Source of the DNA: Ginkgo biloba
Taxonomy: Eukaryota > Plantae > Ginkgophyta
Reading direction: 5' to 3'
DNA: 32,487 nucleotides
Assembly (NCBI GenBank): GCA_024626585.2
Contig: JANKJI020000002.1
Location: forward strand, 259,435,707-259,468,193
The translations under genes were made by a program, and so were the position numbers. The notes beneath the pieces are model-generated. The model saw only the letters and a program-made list of their open reading frames with translations, did no database searches and was not told the DNA's origin. Positions 1 to 12,299 of this stretch are shown one piece after another. Positions within the stretch are counted from its first letter, which is position 1, and each line of letters begins with the position of its first letter.

Positions 1-149
1 CCATTTTGAAGTAAACAATCTATACTTTTCCATGTAGCTCCTAGGGGTCATTCTCCTCTAAATCAATCCATATTGGGTAAGAAGAAGAATTAGTCCTGAC
101 ACGAAGTTGAACAGTAGCTACAAAGAAAGAGAAACCTAACTATGATTTA

Positions 150-1030
150 TCTTGAGTAATCACCATCCGCCTTGATCTAAATGCTCTAAAATCATTAGTT
201 GTAGCTGACCATGGATGCATCCAAAATTACAGTTTGAATTTCTTAATCCAGCTAAATCTTGATGTCAATAAAGTCTGTTAGATGGACCCACCTAGAGACA
301 GTCACCATGATATCTGGGAGAAGTCCTTTTGGTTGCATAATCAACCCGTCATCCATACGAAGCATTGTGCAAGTCTTTCAAATTTGTTCCCACCTAAATC
401 AATGCATTGTCTTCATTGCCACTGTGTTAGTCTTTGCATTGAGATCAACAGGAACTTTCTGATTTAACATTCTGTTGACATAGACATCAAACTCTTGACT
501 CAGTAGATCCCTGAATATCCCCTCTGGTTCATTGCCCAAAATCACATTAGACACTACTCCAATTGGCAAGATACATTGGTGCTTTTTTCCTTGTTGTCCA
601 TAGAGGATCTTGAACTTGCATTGTATGAATAACATGCCCCCAATTGTCTTATTTGATGGAATGAAAATATTGACATTCTCCAACTCATCTCTAAAATCGA
701 AATGATATATTCTTATTTTCCTTTTAGATTTTTGCAAATGGGTGCATCCCTTCAAATTAAGTTGGGATATGTTGTTGTTTCTTTGGTTCTAGCTTTGCTT
801 CTTCAAAAGTTATTGATATTTTATTGAATTGGAGGTCATCCTAGATTTAGAAGAGCTACTATATTTCCTAATTGCAAAGTAAGGTCATTGCATGTTGTAA
901 CTTCATTGATTTGGAATGGTGCAGCTTCGACCATAGTTTATGTATTTGGTTGTAAAGTCATTGTGCTCTGTTTGGGCATTCCATCAACCATACATGCTCC
1001 CTGTTGCTAATTTCTAAACATTTTGAACAA
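150..1030 (-). pseudogene. Degenerate Ty3/gypsy Gag C-terminus plus aspartic protease (retropepsin) fragment
   Basis: Manual minus-strand translation gives FDVYVNRMLNQKVPVDLNAKTNTVAMKTMH*FRWEQI*KTCTMLRMDDGLIMQPKGLLPDIMVTVSRWVHLTDFI, then after a frameshift VIL..HPWSATTND..RSRRMVITQ. This follows the plant gypsy protease pattern (VDLGA.VN.M...LRMAD...PKG...DF...ILGRPWLAT). A knuckle-like remnant KCLEISNREHVWLMECP lies upstream near 975-1025. Confidence 0.7.
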
Positions 1031-1402
1031 CAGGCTTCAACGCAATTTCAATAGTTAGTATTAGATGGGTATCAATGGTGCGCATCAAAGTTTAGGGTGG
1101 GCAGGAGCATGCTGTGATTGTGAAAATGGAATAACGAAAGAAAGAAATTATATTGCAGTGAAGGAATGACCAAAAATTGTCCATGGGAGTGGAATAAACA
1201 TAATTTGTAATGTGCCAAGGGAGTGGGTAAAGTGATTTCAGCCTATCGAAATGTAAAACATAAAATAAACATAAACATACATAATGTGTTACCACTGTGG
1301 GGTACGGGTATAATTGTGAGACAATAATGAAAAACATCGTAAAGCATAAAGATGAGAGTCCAAGTAAAGCATCATGAGGCTTTCTTGTTAGACTTTAATG
1401 TC

Positions 1403-1844
1403 NNNNNNNNNNNNNNNNNNNNNNNNNNNNNNNNNNNNNNNNNNNNNNNNNNNNNNNNNNNNNNNNNNNNNNNNNNNNNNNNNNNNNNNNNNNNNNNNNN
1501 NNNNNNNNNNNNNNNNNNNNNNNNNNNNNNNNNNNNNNNNNNNNNNNNNNNNNNNNNNNNNNNNNNNNNNNNNNNNNNNNNNNNNNNNNNNNNNNNNNNN
1601 NNNNNNNNNNNNNNNNNNNNNNNNNNNNNNNNNNNNNNNNNNNNNNNNNNNNNNNNNNNNNNNNNNNNNNNNNNNNNNNNNNNNNNNNNNNNNNNNNNNN
1701 NNNNNNNNNNNNNNNNNNNNNNNNNNNNNNNNNNNNNNNNNNNNNNNNNNNNNNNNNNNNNNNNNNNNNNNNNNNNNNNNNNNNNNNNNNNNNNNNNNNN
1801 NNNNNNNNNNNNNNNNNNNNNNNNNNNNNNNNNNNNNNNNNNNN
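1403..1844. other. Assembly gap (N run)
   Basis: Continuous N run; the overlapping ORF calls are artefacts. Confidence 0.99.
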
Positions 1845-2986
1845 TTTTTTGAAAAACATGCAAAATAAACGTGAAGGTGTAAAGGATGTCAATCATGTTG
1901 AAATCACTAGAGCAGAGGACGTGAGCCACACCAAATAGAAGCCGCATTTGGAAGAGGAGTCATACACCAAGCAATAGGAACCAAAGAAGAGAAGATGAGG
2001 CCATCCATCACCGTTGTTGAAACGCGAGGAGGAAATGGAAAAAGGAATTTGCAGGGAAAAAACCCACGGATGGAGGAAAAGAACTCCAAGAATATGCACT
2101 AAGTTCACAAAACCAACGAACATGTGAGTCAAGTGAGGAATGCCATTGCGTTAAGCATAGACCCTATAGGTGAAGACCACGTAGCTTGAAATTGTTGAGA
2201 CACCCACTGGACAAAGGTGAGCAGATCCAGAACGAGAGGTGGAAGTGGAAAGATACGCTGGAGCCGAGACAATCCAAGTCGTTGAAGAAAAACCATCACT
2301 GGAAGAAGAATAGAGCAGGAGCTTGAGTTCAAAGCCGCGCTAGGTAAAATTCGCACTAGGAGGAGATAGACCGTTGTAAAAACTCCTGCACCAGAGCACT
2401 AGAATCGCCATCAAGAGAGAATACACGAGGAACCTGTGAGACCTGAGCAAATATGAAGTTTGCACCATGGGAAACATAACCACTTAATGCCCTGCTGAGA
2501 GATTAGTTGTGGTACTAGGGCCGAGACGCGAGTCACGGGACACGAAGAGCAAAAGGCATGAAGAGTTTCAAAGGAAATGTGGAGAATTGCGCACCAAGGA
2601 GAATGTGGAGACTAGTGAAGAATCGCGGAGCAGAGAAAATTTAACAAGAATTCGGAAAAATTCGGAGAGAAATCACAAGGAAGGATGCACAGTGGGAAAG
2701 TTTGATTTAAAAAAAAAAAATTCAATTTTTTTTTTAAGTTTAACCTTAGAATTAAATTTTTTATCAAAAGGTGTTTATTTTCAGAGAATAGGTTCACATG
2801 ATAAGCTCTCAGGAGTTAAATCCAGAACTAAAACAATGCCTTTTAAGATTTCGATTTTAAAAAGGTGGTGATATGGAGTATTTAAANNNNNNNNNNNNNN
2901 NNNNNNNNNNNNNNNNNNNNNNNNNNNNNNNNNNNNNNNNNNNNNNNNNNNNNNNNNNNNNNNNNNNNNNNNNNNNNNNNNNNNNN

Positions 2987-3165
2987 ATTATTATATAAGG
3001 AGGCTCTAGAGAGCTTAGGAATCATCTTCGAGCTATTGTAACCTTATTATCTAGCACACTGCGTGTTGTTCTTTTCAGTCTTCTGTAATCAGTCATTTTT
3101 GCTATCAATAAATCTTGGTTCAATCATCTTTTTGCATATTTCTTGTATTTATGTATTTGCAAATA
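2987..3165 (+). promoter_or_regulatory. LTR-like U3/R segment (TATA box plus polyadenylation signal)
   Basis: TATATAA at 2992-2998, AATAAA at 3107-3112, then a T-rich tract, which is the usual order inside an LTR. No TG...CA termini or partner LTR were identified. Confidence 0.3.
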
Positions 3166-5079
3166 GGAGCCAGTTTGCTCCAGTGAATGGTACCACCCAT
3201 GCCATCCACCGCCCCAATCCATTCTACTTGTGGCCTCCATTATCTCACGTTCCTCAATCCATCGAAGCTGTCCATTTATAGAAAAATTTGATCATCGCTC
3301 CGTGAGCTTCCAGTAGCTGCTAGGTGACCCTCAACCCATTTTTTGAAAGCCATCCTGTCACAGTATGGCTCAGTTTGTACTTGAAGGCAGAGGAAATCTG
3401 GACATTCTCTAAATGGATATAGAAAGTACAGGTTGGCCAAGATATCCCTGGGACCAACGCTCCCTCCTGGCGTTCCTAGAGCTTGCGATGAGTTTGGCCT
3501 CACCTAGGAGATGAAATGGAATTAGGAGCAGAAGAGGCTTATCAAGCTCAGGGGAGAGGTGATGTAGCAGGATCTGAGGCGACGTTAAGGCAGAATTCAG
3601 AGACAGGAATGTCTGGGTTGATAAAGATCCAGTTTCTTGGCAAGGCAAAGACATTCACGGGACGCCGAGGAAGGTAAGGAGAAGGTCAGGAGCGCTCCAG
3701 ATAAGCATGGGACCCACATAGTCACTTAAAGGTTTTCAAGGAGTGCGTTTTAAAAGTGTAATTTAAAGCACTCTCCCTGGCCAGCTTGAAGAGTCTTGGT
3801 GCATCCAGGAGAAGGCGCGAAGGACTAGGAACCAAAACGTTGGTGCGAAATAGGAATGTCCAGCACAGTTTTCAATCATGTGTTTTAAGGTGCCACGACA
3901 GAGGATAGGTACCCAAAGAAGAATCACCTCTTGGGAAATATGTTTGCCTCTGTCCCCCAGGAGTTTTGTCATCTCCTAGGAGGTGTCGCTCAATCCAAGA
4001 ACACCTAAGACCCCCCTAGCATCCTCCCCACCAGCTTGGCTGACCAAGAAAACAAGGCAAAGCGAAGGGGCTATGAAGTGACAGTGCATTTATGGTAGTT
4101 TGCAGCGGACAGTAATGGATCGTCTTGCATGGTTCCTCCTCGCAGAATGAACAAGGCGATTGTTGGCAAATAGGGACAAAATAGATGGCCGAAAAATTGA
4201 ATGAATCATCCTTGGGGATTGAGGATAGTTAATGCCGTTTAATTCGACAACCTCATCCCTGGCCATTTTCCTAGGTAGTCCAAATATTCACACTTCCTTT
4301 GTGCCTGGTGACTGTACCTCTTAGACCGTGAGAATTAGAGGAGTTTTGCATAGCCATAAAGACAAGCAACCACATCTAGCAAGGGACATTTCCTAGAAAC
4401 AATGGTGGCATGATCATTCTGGACTTCCAAGGCCATGGAAGGTAATCTGGAATTGTACGCCCAGNNNNNNNNNNNNNNNNNNNNNNNNNNNNNNNNNNNN
4501 NNNNNNNNNNNNNNNNNNNNNNNNNNNNNNNNNNNNNNNNNNNNNNNNNNNNNNNNNNNNNNNNCAAAAACTGTGGTGGCTTTCAATCCTTTCTGAAGGT
4601 TTTTTTTTTTTTTTGCTTCTGTTGAAATTCCAGATTGGTGAATTGTTCTTACTATTGAAGAAAGAATATCTCACTTCATGTTCCCAAGCAAATTGGTCAG
4701 TTCTTCCCTATTTACCCCAATCTTGGGTACATGTCCTCCTTGAGTTAGAGTTGGCATTGTAGTCAACCCACCTGATCAAGAGTTAGAATTAACCCTCCTC
4801 GTGGATAGTGGTATTCCAAACAATGCTCTTTGACTTGTGCCAATTCATCCACAATTCCTCCTTCAGTAACCAGCACAAACTGCATCCAAATCTGAGGAAA
4901 CATATCAGCCTGGAGGACTGATTTGACTGGCACTTATTTGTGCATGTGCCTCAGGCATTGCTGAATGAGATATTCCAATATCTCAGTGTAATATTCAGTA
5001 GTTACTACCTGTTAATCTTCAAACATTCTCTCATCTTCACAGCATGCTTATAGTTTTGATATACTTGCAGAAACATTTC

Positions 5080-6830
5080 CTTCATCTCTTTTCTTTGTTT
5101 GCCCACCAAGCACAAACTCATGAACCATTTCAGTGGAGCAATAACTTTATTTGTTTAGCATTTGGCACATAATTGGAATTTCAATGCATCACTTCAAATT
5201 TCAACTGAAACACTGTTGTATCTTCATTGCTTCTACAAAAGAATAGAGGCATAGTAGGAGAGATACGTTTCACATGAAGACTCAACTTTTCTTCCTTGGA
5301 GGATTTGATTGGAAACCATAATGAACTTTCTTCCTGTGGTTCAGCAAGAATGGGTCCCATCTGAATTCCATCTTTCCAAGGAATTCTCTCTTTTTCTGGA
5401 TCAAAATGCTCTGCCACCACTACAGATCTTCCAAGAGCATCCCTTGATCCATGTTTCATAACCAAACAATTTCAGAAATGTGTTCCAGATGCACAGGTTC
5501 AAATCTTAAAGTAGTTTGCTCACCACTTCCCAACAATGGTACCATAATGATGACCGTAAAATGGGTTCGATGCCAAACAAACTCAGAGAAGTTTCTAAAC
5601 ATGAGCATCCTTCTGGTTAACTCAGATGGTGGCCATAAAGACCCACCTCACTCCCTACTGTGTAGTCAGGAAAGAATGAGAATATAACTATACTAAATTA
5701 ATATATGCTTCATGAAGTCTCAAACTTCGATACTATTTGTCGTCCAGAGTTACTATCAAGAACACAACAAGTAGCAACAAAATCATATTCAATTCACAAA
5801 CACATCATTTTTGTCCATGAACCATTCTGCTTTAGTTCCCCTCAATTGTTTTGTGTTAAAGCATCCTCTCAAGTGAACAGGTCCAAAGTACTGTGGGACA
5901 CTAACTTGATTCAAAGAATCAAACGAATTGAAGAGCTTCCTTCAGTATACATCAAAGAAAACTTATACATCATTGAAGAGGATGCCAATTATCCTTCTAA
6001 ATTGTTCAGGGAAACTGCCTCATAACTCCTGCTACATTTTGTATATATAAGAACTTTTCTGAGCCAACTCTTCACTAATTGGTAGCAGCATTATGTAACC
6101 TGAAGGGACAAACCTCCCTTCAAATGACCTGAAGGGATCCACCCAATTGCATTACATTCCAACAAGTCTTCTTCAACTCATCTCCGGGGGCTGAAGACAT
6201 GAATCCCCAGAAGGCACATATGGACATTCATTCAATTACATCAAAATCGATCAAATGGCATTAACTGAAATCCTTAATCATCTCCTTGCTAGCCCCATTT
6301 ACATATTTGACAACTAAATATAATCAAACTTAAAATTTTATAAACATGAGTAAAGGAGTCATGATCGTCAACCTATTAATATCTTGAAGAAAAAAAACAT
6401 CCATGAATGAAAATAATAAGAATAAAAAACCATATTGGGTTCATCCAGCCTATAGTAGTAATAACACAAAAATATTCTCTATGCGTAGGCTATGACTGCC
6501 AGATAAAACAGGACAATTGGAATAAAAGAAGATAGCTTTCCACTGTTAAAAATGGGCCAATTCTAGATGCCTTGTAATGCAAAATCATTGAAAGGTTTCA
6601 GGATGAATAAAATTAGAACCACAGTGGGGCCATTTATATGTCCATCCTCAGTTGAACAATTATTTAACATAAGGCCTACACAAACCAATCCTTGTTTGGC
6701 AACACAATTTTCCACTTGTTGGCAGAAGACCTCGCATGCCTTGATTAAATGCTATTCCCACTAATTTGCTCTGGTGGATAACATACACTTTCTGAGGATT
6801 GATCATGTGGGTCCTAACACAACTACTAGC
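5080..6830 (-). pseudogene. Highly decayed PLS-class pentatricopeptide repeat (PPR, E/E+ type) pseudogene
   Basis: Motifs appear in the correct order on the minus strand across frameshifts and stops: YVNGASKEMIKDF (about 6265-6305); QLVKSWL..LIYTKCSRSYEAVSL (YTKC 6034-6045; cf. LIDMYAKCG..EA..F); KQNG..KMM..IEYDFVATCCVL; FGIEP (5563-5577) then HYGTIV (5532-5549; cf. YGIEP..EHY.CMV); IWNTFLK (5470-5490); KHG..LG..VAEHFDPE (E domain); VHEFVLGG (5102-5125; cf. E+ VHEFVAGD). The part above about 6320 is weaker. Confidence 0.6.
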
Positions 6831-7139
6831 ATANNNNNNNNNNNNNNNNNNNNNNNNNNNNNNNNNNNNNNNNNNNNNNNNNNNNNNNNNNNNNNNNNNN
6901 NNNNNNNNNNNNNNNNNNNNNNNNNNNNNNNNNCTCCATTCTCATATGAAAATTAAGATTTAGAGTTTTCTTCTCACATTCATTATGTAAGATCTTGTAT
7001 GAATTATTTTGTTTCATTAATACAAGAAACCTTCTTGTGTGAAAAAAAAATGTTTTATGTGAGGTGTAGTTTATCTTCTCCATTTCTAATTTTTTTTCTA
7101 ACAACATTGACATAAGTATGGAAGATTTTTTTTCAGTGT

Positions 7140-8200
7140 CAGGAACATATTATTGGTGCATGCACAATCTTCTATTTTAGTGTCTTGAATGCTTCCAGTT
7201 GCTCATTAGTTTAAACCCATTCTATTCCTTTTTCATTGAAGCTTGTAATGGATGAGGGATGAATTCATAATCCTTTATGAACTTTTGGTAGTGCCTAGTC
7301 ATAGCAAGGGATATTCTTAGTTCCTCTATGGTTTTGAGAATTTGATACCCTGCAATTAGGGATACCTTTGCCAAGTCTATTAAAATACCTTGTTTCATAA
7401 TAACATTCTCAAATAGATTGTCGAAGGGTACTAGGAATTGTCACTTTTTCAAATTGAAGCAAAAATTACCCTTTTGGCATATTTTCAACATTTCTTTCAA
7501 ATGGTTGAGATGATTCTGTAATACGTTATATAATGTCTAGTTGTTGAAGACTACCTCTACCTCCTTTCCAATGGTGTTGTAAAACATTTGTAAGATCACT
7601 TGTTGAAATGCCACCAATTCATTAGTTATTTCAAATGGCATCACATGGTATGCATATGTACCCCATTCAATAGCTAATGTGGTTTTCAATTAAAATTTTA
7701 AGGCAATACTTAATTATATCCACTAAAACTATCAGTACCTCATGTCCCCCTACTTTTTCATGTCTTCTATGAGTGGTATTGAAGAAGTGCCATTCTTTGT
7801 AACCTTATTTAGCTCTCTATAATCTACACCAATTCTTATCCTATCATTCTTATTTTTGGCAATTACGATGGGGCTCACCCATTCACTATTCTCTACTGGA
7901 TAACTATATTCGAGATCCAACATCTTATGCAATTTGACTTTTACTTGCTCTTTCACTTTTGGGTTGTGACGATATGGTCATCTCTAAACAAGTTTCACCC
8001 CTTTTATTAGTTCTATCTTTTGCCATCCAATCTATGGTGGAATCCCCTTCAAATCCTTATATGACCATGCAAATACATCTACGTATTTAGTGAAGATGGT
8101 CGTGGCTAGTGTGACCTTGATCGCATCGTAGTAATCTCCCATAGTGATGTGTTTGTGATCCTACTCTATCCCAATGTTGATGTTTGCTTCTTACTTTTTT
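7140..8200 (-). mobile_element. Ty3/gypsy (non-chromovirus) reverse transcriptase pseudogene fragment
   Basis: ORF 7750-7956 gives YPVENSEWVSPIVIAKNKNDRIRIGVDYRELNKVTK. It continues as FSGYN...IEWGTYAYHVMPF...AFQ...VEVVFNN* (decayed catalytic motif at 7537-7551)...HYQKFIKDY...AFKTLK*KIVHAPII. Confidence 0.9.
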
Positions 8201-8963
8201 GATGATGGACTATCATGCCTTCATCGTTTAGTTGGTGTCTAAGGGTCTCATCAATTTTATAATGTCAATAGTTTATTTCCAAGTACACCAGTGGATATGA
8301 ACCGGTGGGTTGTTCCTAGAAATCTTCTTCCTTACAAACATCATTTTTTTTCTGCTTGCATTATGTCTGTAGATCATTCTTCACGATATCATCATTTGAA
8401 GGTGATGAATGTAAGTTGAAACAACTCCGCATAATCTTCTTTTGGTATCCATATTTAGTGTCTCTGATTTATAGAAAAAATTGGAGATAAATTATTTTCC
8501 ACATATGCTCCACCATGATTTTCATTGCTTCTCATATCGAACATACCATTCTAGTTTATGTTGAGGTAGTGAGGCAAGGAACAAGGATATCCACGACTTC
8601 CATGCTATGCTAAGCTTACTTCCACAATTTCTTGCAAGCCTTGTATGGTTTTCAGGTATGAATTTAATGTCATATCAATTTGAGGGAAAATTGCCCCCCA
8701 CCCCTAATCTAGCAATGAAATTTCACAAAATTCATCCCAACTTTGAACTATTGAATTGTGTAGGAGGAACCAAACCAACTCATAACATCACAGAATGAGT
8801 GGAAACAAGTCACTCCATAATGCCTTCCATTCAAACTTTTCTCTTTGACACCTATCTACACAANNNNNNNNNNNNNNNNNNNNNNNNNNNNNNNNNNNNN
8901 NNNNNNNNNNNNNNNNNNNNNNNNNNNNNNNNNNNNNNNNNNNNNNNNNNNNNNNNNNNNNNN

Positions 8964-9254
8964 TTGAACATAAGTATAGGTGTAGTGGTTGTAAATCTTT
9001 GGTGAGTTGAAGCTTAATACCATTATGGAGTTTTATTCTCCAAGAGGGTTTCTCTAGTTAAAAAGTTGACTCTGTGTATTCTTGTGTGTGTGTCTAATTT
9101 TTTGTGTACTTGAATCTTGTAAATTTTAGTTAGTAAGACTAGCATTTGCAGGCACAATAGTGTTTGATATTTTAATTCAAAGAATCCATAATTAATTGCA
9201 TTGGACGATTCTGACTTGTCCACTGAGATATGGATTAGTCAAAGTCCCCTAACA
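8964..9254 (+). repeat. Possible 3' end of an LTR (solo or truncated)
   Basis: GT-rich U5-like tract (gagggtttctcta...tcttgtgtgtgtg) ending in cccctaaca, resembling plant LTR termini. No PBS follows and the 5' part is lost in a gap. Confidence 0.25.
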
Positions 9255-10479
9255 TGTAGTGAAAGAATTTTTTGGTTTTTCAACATCTCGTAAAAGGATT
9301 GATTATAACTTGAAAACCCATACATAAAAAACATAATGGTATAATTGATAGATTGATCAATTATGTTGTTGTAAAAGGAAGGAAAAAATTATTTTTGGAA
9401 CAAGCAACATTGAGGTTTCTAAAGAGAACACAAATCCTAACTACCCCATTCTTCTTCATAATAAGCATTGCATTAGATAACTAGTCAAGATAGTCAATAA
9501 GGAAGGTTAAATAAGCTTGGAAGAGCTTCCAAACTTTTAATTTAATGGCAACAAAATGATTTGTGCTTACATGTTGCTCTCTTTATTTAACTAGCTTAAT
9601 ATTATGGTAGGTTACAATGTTATGGACAATAACATGAGGATTTGTGCCCTTTATTTTATCATAAGACAAGATAGTATATCTCAAAATTCTTGAAATAAGG
9701 CTAAGTGTTTATCTTTCTCTTTTAAGGAAAACTCAATGAGAGGCAAAAAATGACACTAAGGATAACGAAGAAGAAGAACCAACAAGCTAACAAAATAATG
9801 GTAAAGGAGATAGCAATTGAGATGACAAAATCATGAAAGATCCTCTGTTCTAAATAGCAAATATTAAAATATCACTATAGGGCTACTAAGAGTTATACAT
9901 TTTAACATACATTAACACATACGTAAATCCAAGCTATTAATAATGGTCAACTTAGGAATTACTCATAACTTCCTTGACTTGAATCCAATTAAATAATTGC
10001 GCTGACATGTTCATAAAAGACATAGATTTTTTTTTTTTTTTCTAGGGCATAATTTTATTGTATGTGAAGTTGTAGTTAAAAACATACAACTATGACTAGG
10101 ATATTATGTTCACTCTTTGCAATATGAAATATAAATGTTGATGGAATACTAGGATTCAATGCATACAATTATGAGGCACATATAGGATAAACCATGATGT
10201 AAACCCCATGAAATTTAAGATCGAATGAGTAGAGTACACAAATAGATAATATGCATGCACCAACAAGTCAAGTAGTGAACCCTAAGCAAATGAGAAATAT
10301 CCGTGAAAAGGGACATATGGGATTTATCACAAGGCTATGTTGTAGAGGCATAATAAAATTGAGAAAATAGTAAAAACAAATAAATAGAAGAACAAAAGAA
10401 AGATATCTAAGAAGTACTAAAAAATCACAATAGGGCTTTCTAAGATTTACCAAAAAGCCAACCTTTAGACAAAGGTGTA

Positions 10480-10765
10480 GAGTACATTACTAAGATGGAA
10501 CCAAGTAAAGGACCAATGATCATAAATCCATCGAAGTATATCCATAATCAACAGAGGTTGCTATGTTGTTTTCACAATTTCTTGCATCTCTTCACATATT
10601 CTTTAGATTTAGTATTGATGTCATATTGAGGTAGGTCAAGTAAATTGTATCCCCTTAAAATTGAGAGTGAATATCTCATAAAACTGATTCCAATCTTTCT
10701 CCACAAAATTGTGGAGTAGAAACTGCCTATGCCTATAACCTCATTAGTGGTTAGCCTCAACATTT
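10480..10765 (-). mobile_element. Relic integrase N-terminal region (zinc-finger end to first catalytic motif)
   Basis: ORF 10572-10763 contains GSF..TILWRKI..SF...KEYVKRCKKL (cf. GHFG...T..KI...F.W....YVK.C..C), followed by QPLLIMDIL.W and IIGP (cf. QPI..E.F..WGIDFIGP). Confidence 0.4.
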
Positions 10766-11226
10766 TGTAGAGTTTAGGAGCAATCTTAGATTATGTAGAA
10801 TGTATATAGGGGACTCTTAGATGATGAACATTGATCGAAAGTTTGAGAGTTACTAATGACCCGATGACATGATAATTGTATTATGCATTAGTAGTATAGT
10901 GCTTAGTGCATCATTGTATCATAATTCATCATTAAGATTTGGTATATAAAGTGTTTTCAATGAACACCTACTACTTGTACGAGGTTTCCCCTCACTTTTA
11001 AGGGCCTCTCCTTTATTTCGAGAGAGAGCATGGGTTTGGTCATCATACTACTCTCTATTTGATCTCTAGATGATCCTTTTGTACATTCTTTTCTCTGACT
11101 AATAAGAATCTCTTGTTATTTCCTATCTTTAATGTCTTACTTTTTGTGTGATTTATCTAGGGTGGATAGACAATATTTCTATAATTTCAATTCTCGTTTA
11201 GGTTTGTAATTTAAAATTTATCCTCA
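10766..11226 (+). repeat. Candidate 5' LTR (about 460 bp)
   Basis: Begins TG(tagag) where the minus-strand integrase relic breaks off, contains TATATAAA at 10943-10950, and ends cctCA 4 nt before a PBS. Confidence 0.5.
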
Positions 11227-11230
11227 AATC

Positions 11231-11243
11231 TGGCATCATTGCC
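11231..11243 (+). promoter_or_regulatory. Primer-binding site, tRNA-Asp type (Athila-like), deaminated
   Basis: TGGCATCATTGCC versus the canonical TGGCGCCGTTGCC; all three differences are G>A or C>T. Further copies lie at 11275-11282 and 11292-11304. Confidence 0.65.
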
Positions 11244-12299
11244 AATCTAGACTAACAAAAAATACCTCAATATCTGGCACTACTCAATATATGGTGCCAT
11301 TGTCAACATAAAGTGATTATGGGATCTCTTGATCATGGGTGGTGATAGCACTTGTGATAGATATTGGTAGAAAATTCTTGGTTATTGGTTAATATTTGTT
11401 GGGCATTCTTGTTCCTCTCCATTGGTAGTGCAACATACGTGAAGTTGGAATTTGCTCCTTATGGGACCAACTTGTTGAAGATTGTGTTTTGGAAGAAGCT
11501 AAGAACAATCGACTAAATTTGAACAAAATTTCCACACAGTAGAAGTCAAAATGTTCTTAGCAATGGTTCCAACCTTGTTGGTTGAGCAGTTGCAAAAAAT
11601 TGAAATTCAAAGGATAATTTCATAAATGGAGGCAAGAAGAAACGAGGAATAATTGCTTGAGAAACCATAAGTAAATGGCCATGACGAACAATCACTACAA
11701 CCCATTAATGTATTACCTGACTTGTTACAATGAATCTGGATCTAAAGNNNNNNNNNNNNNNNNNNNNNNNNNNNNNNNNNNNNNNNNNNCAATATCAAAT
11801 AATTCTCAAATACTTTGGCAACATGGTGGCACTTCGTCTAGACATCTTGGCAAAGATTTTGGAAGAAAATCATTAGCGAAAAATTGATGAAGAATTTATA
11901 AATATACTGCACTTCACCTCTTAAATTTAGCTCGCATTATAGAATGAAGGAGACTAAAGAGGAAAAAAAAATGAAGAACATGTCGTTGAAGAGGATATCA
12001 TCTCGAAAGCATACGATGTTTGAGATAATGATTTGAATTATCAATCCTACAAAGAGATAGATGTCGCAAACTTTCATGCACAATTATGTCTCAAAGATCA
12101 AGAGACATTGAGGAAAAACACATCTTGTCCTACTAAGGAGAATTGCGAAGTTAGAGCACATATTGGAAGAGGAATACTAATGACCCAATTTGACAAAGTC
12201 TATCAGAGGACTTGGAGGGAAAGTTTGTGGTTGCAAACCCAAAAGACTGCAAGATTTCAAAGATTGAACATCTCAAGAGGTCGAACGTTTAGTAATGAT

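Noticed and set aside
4966-4985. Hairpin tgagatatt-cc-aatatctca as a MITE end or miRNA stem
   Set aside because: The stem is only 9 bp and AT-rich, with no TSD or extended fold-back, so it is plausible by chance.
5705-6025. 106-aa plus-strand ORF (and 5451-5687) as a novel or viral gene
   Set aside because: No recognisable motif; they are antisense shadows of the minus-strand PPR relic.
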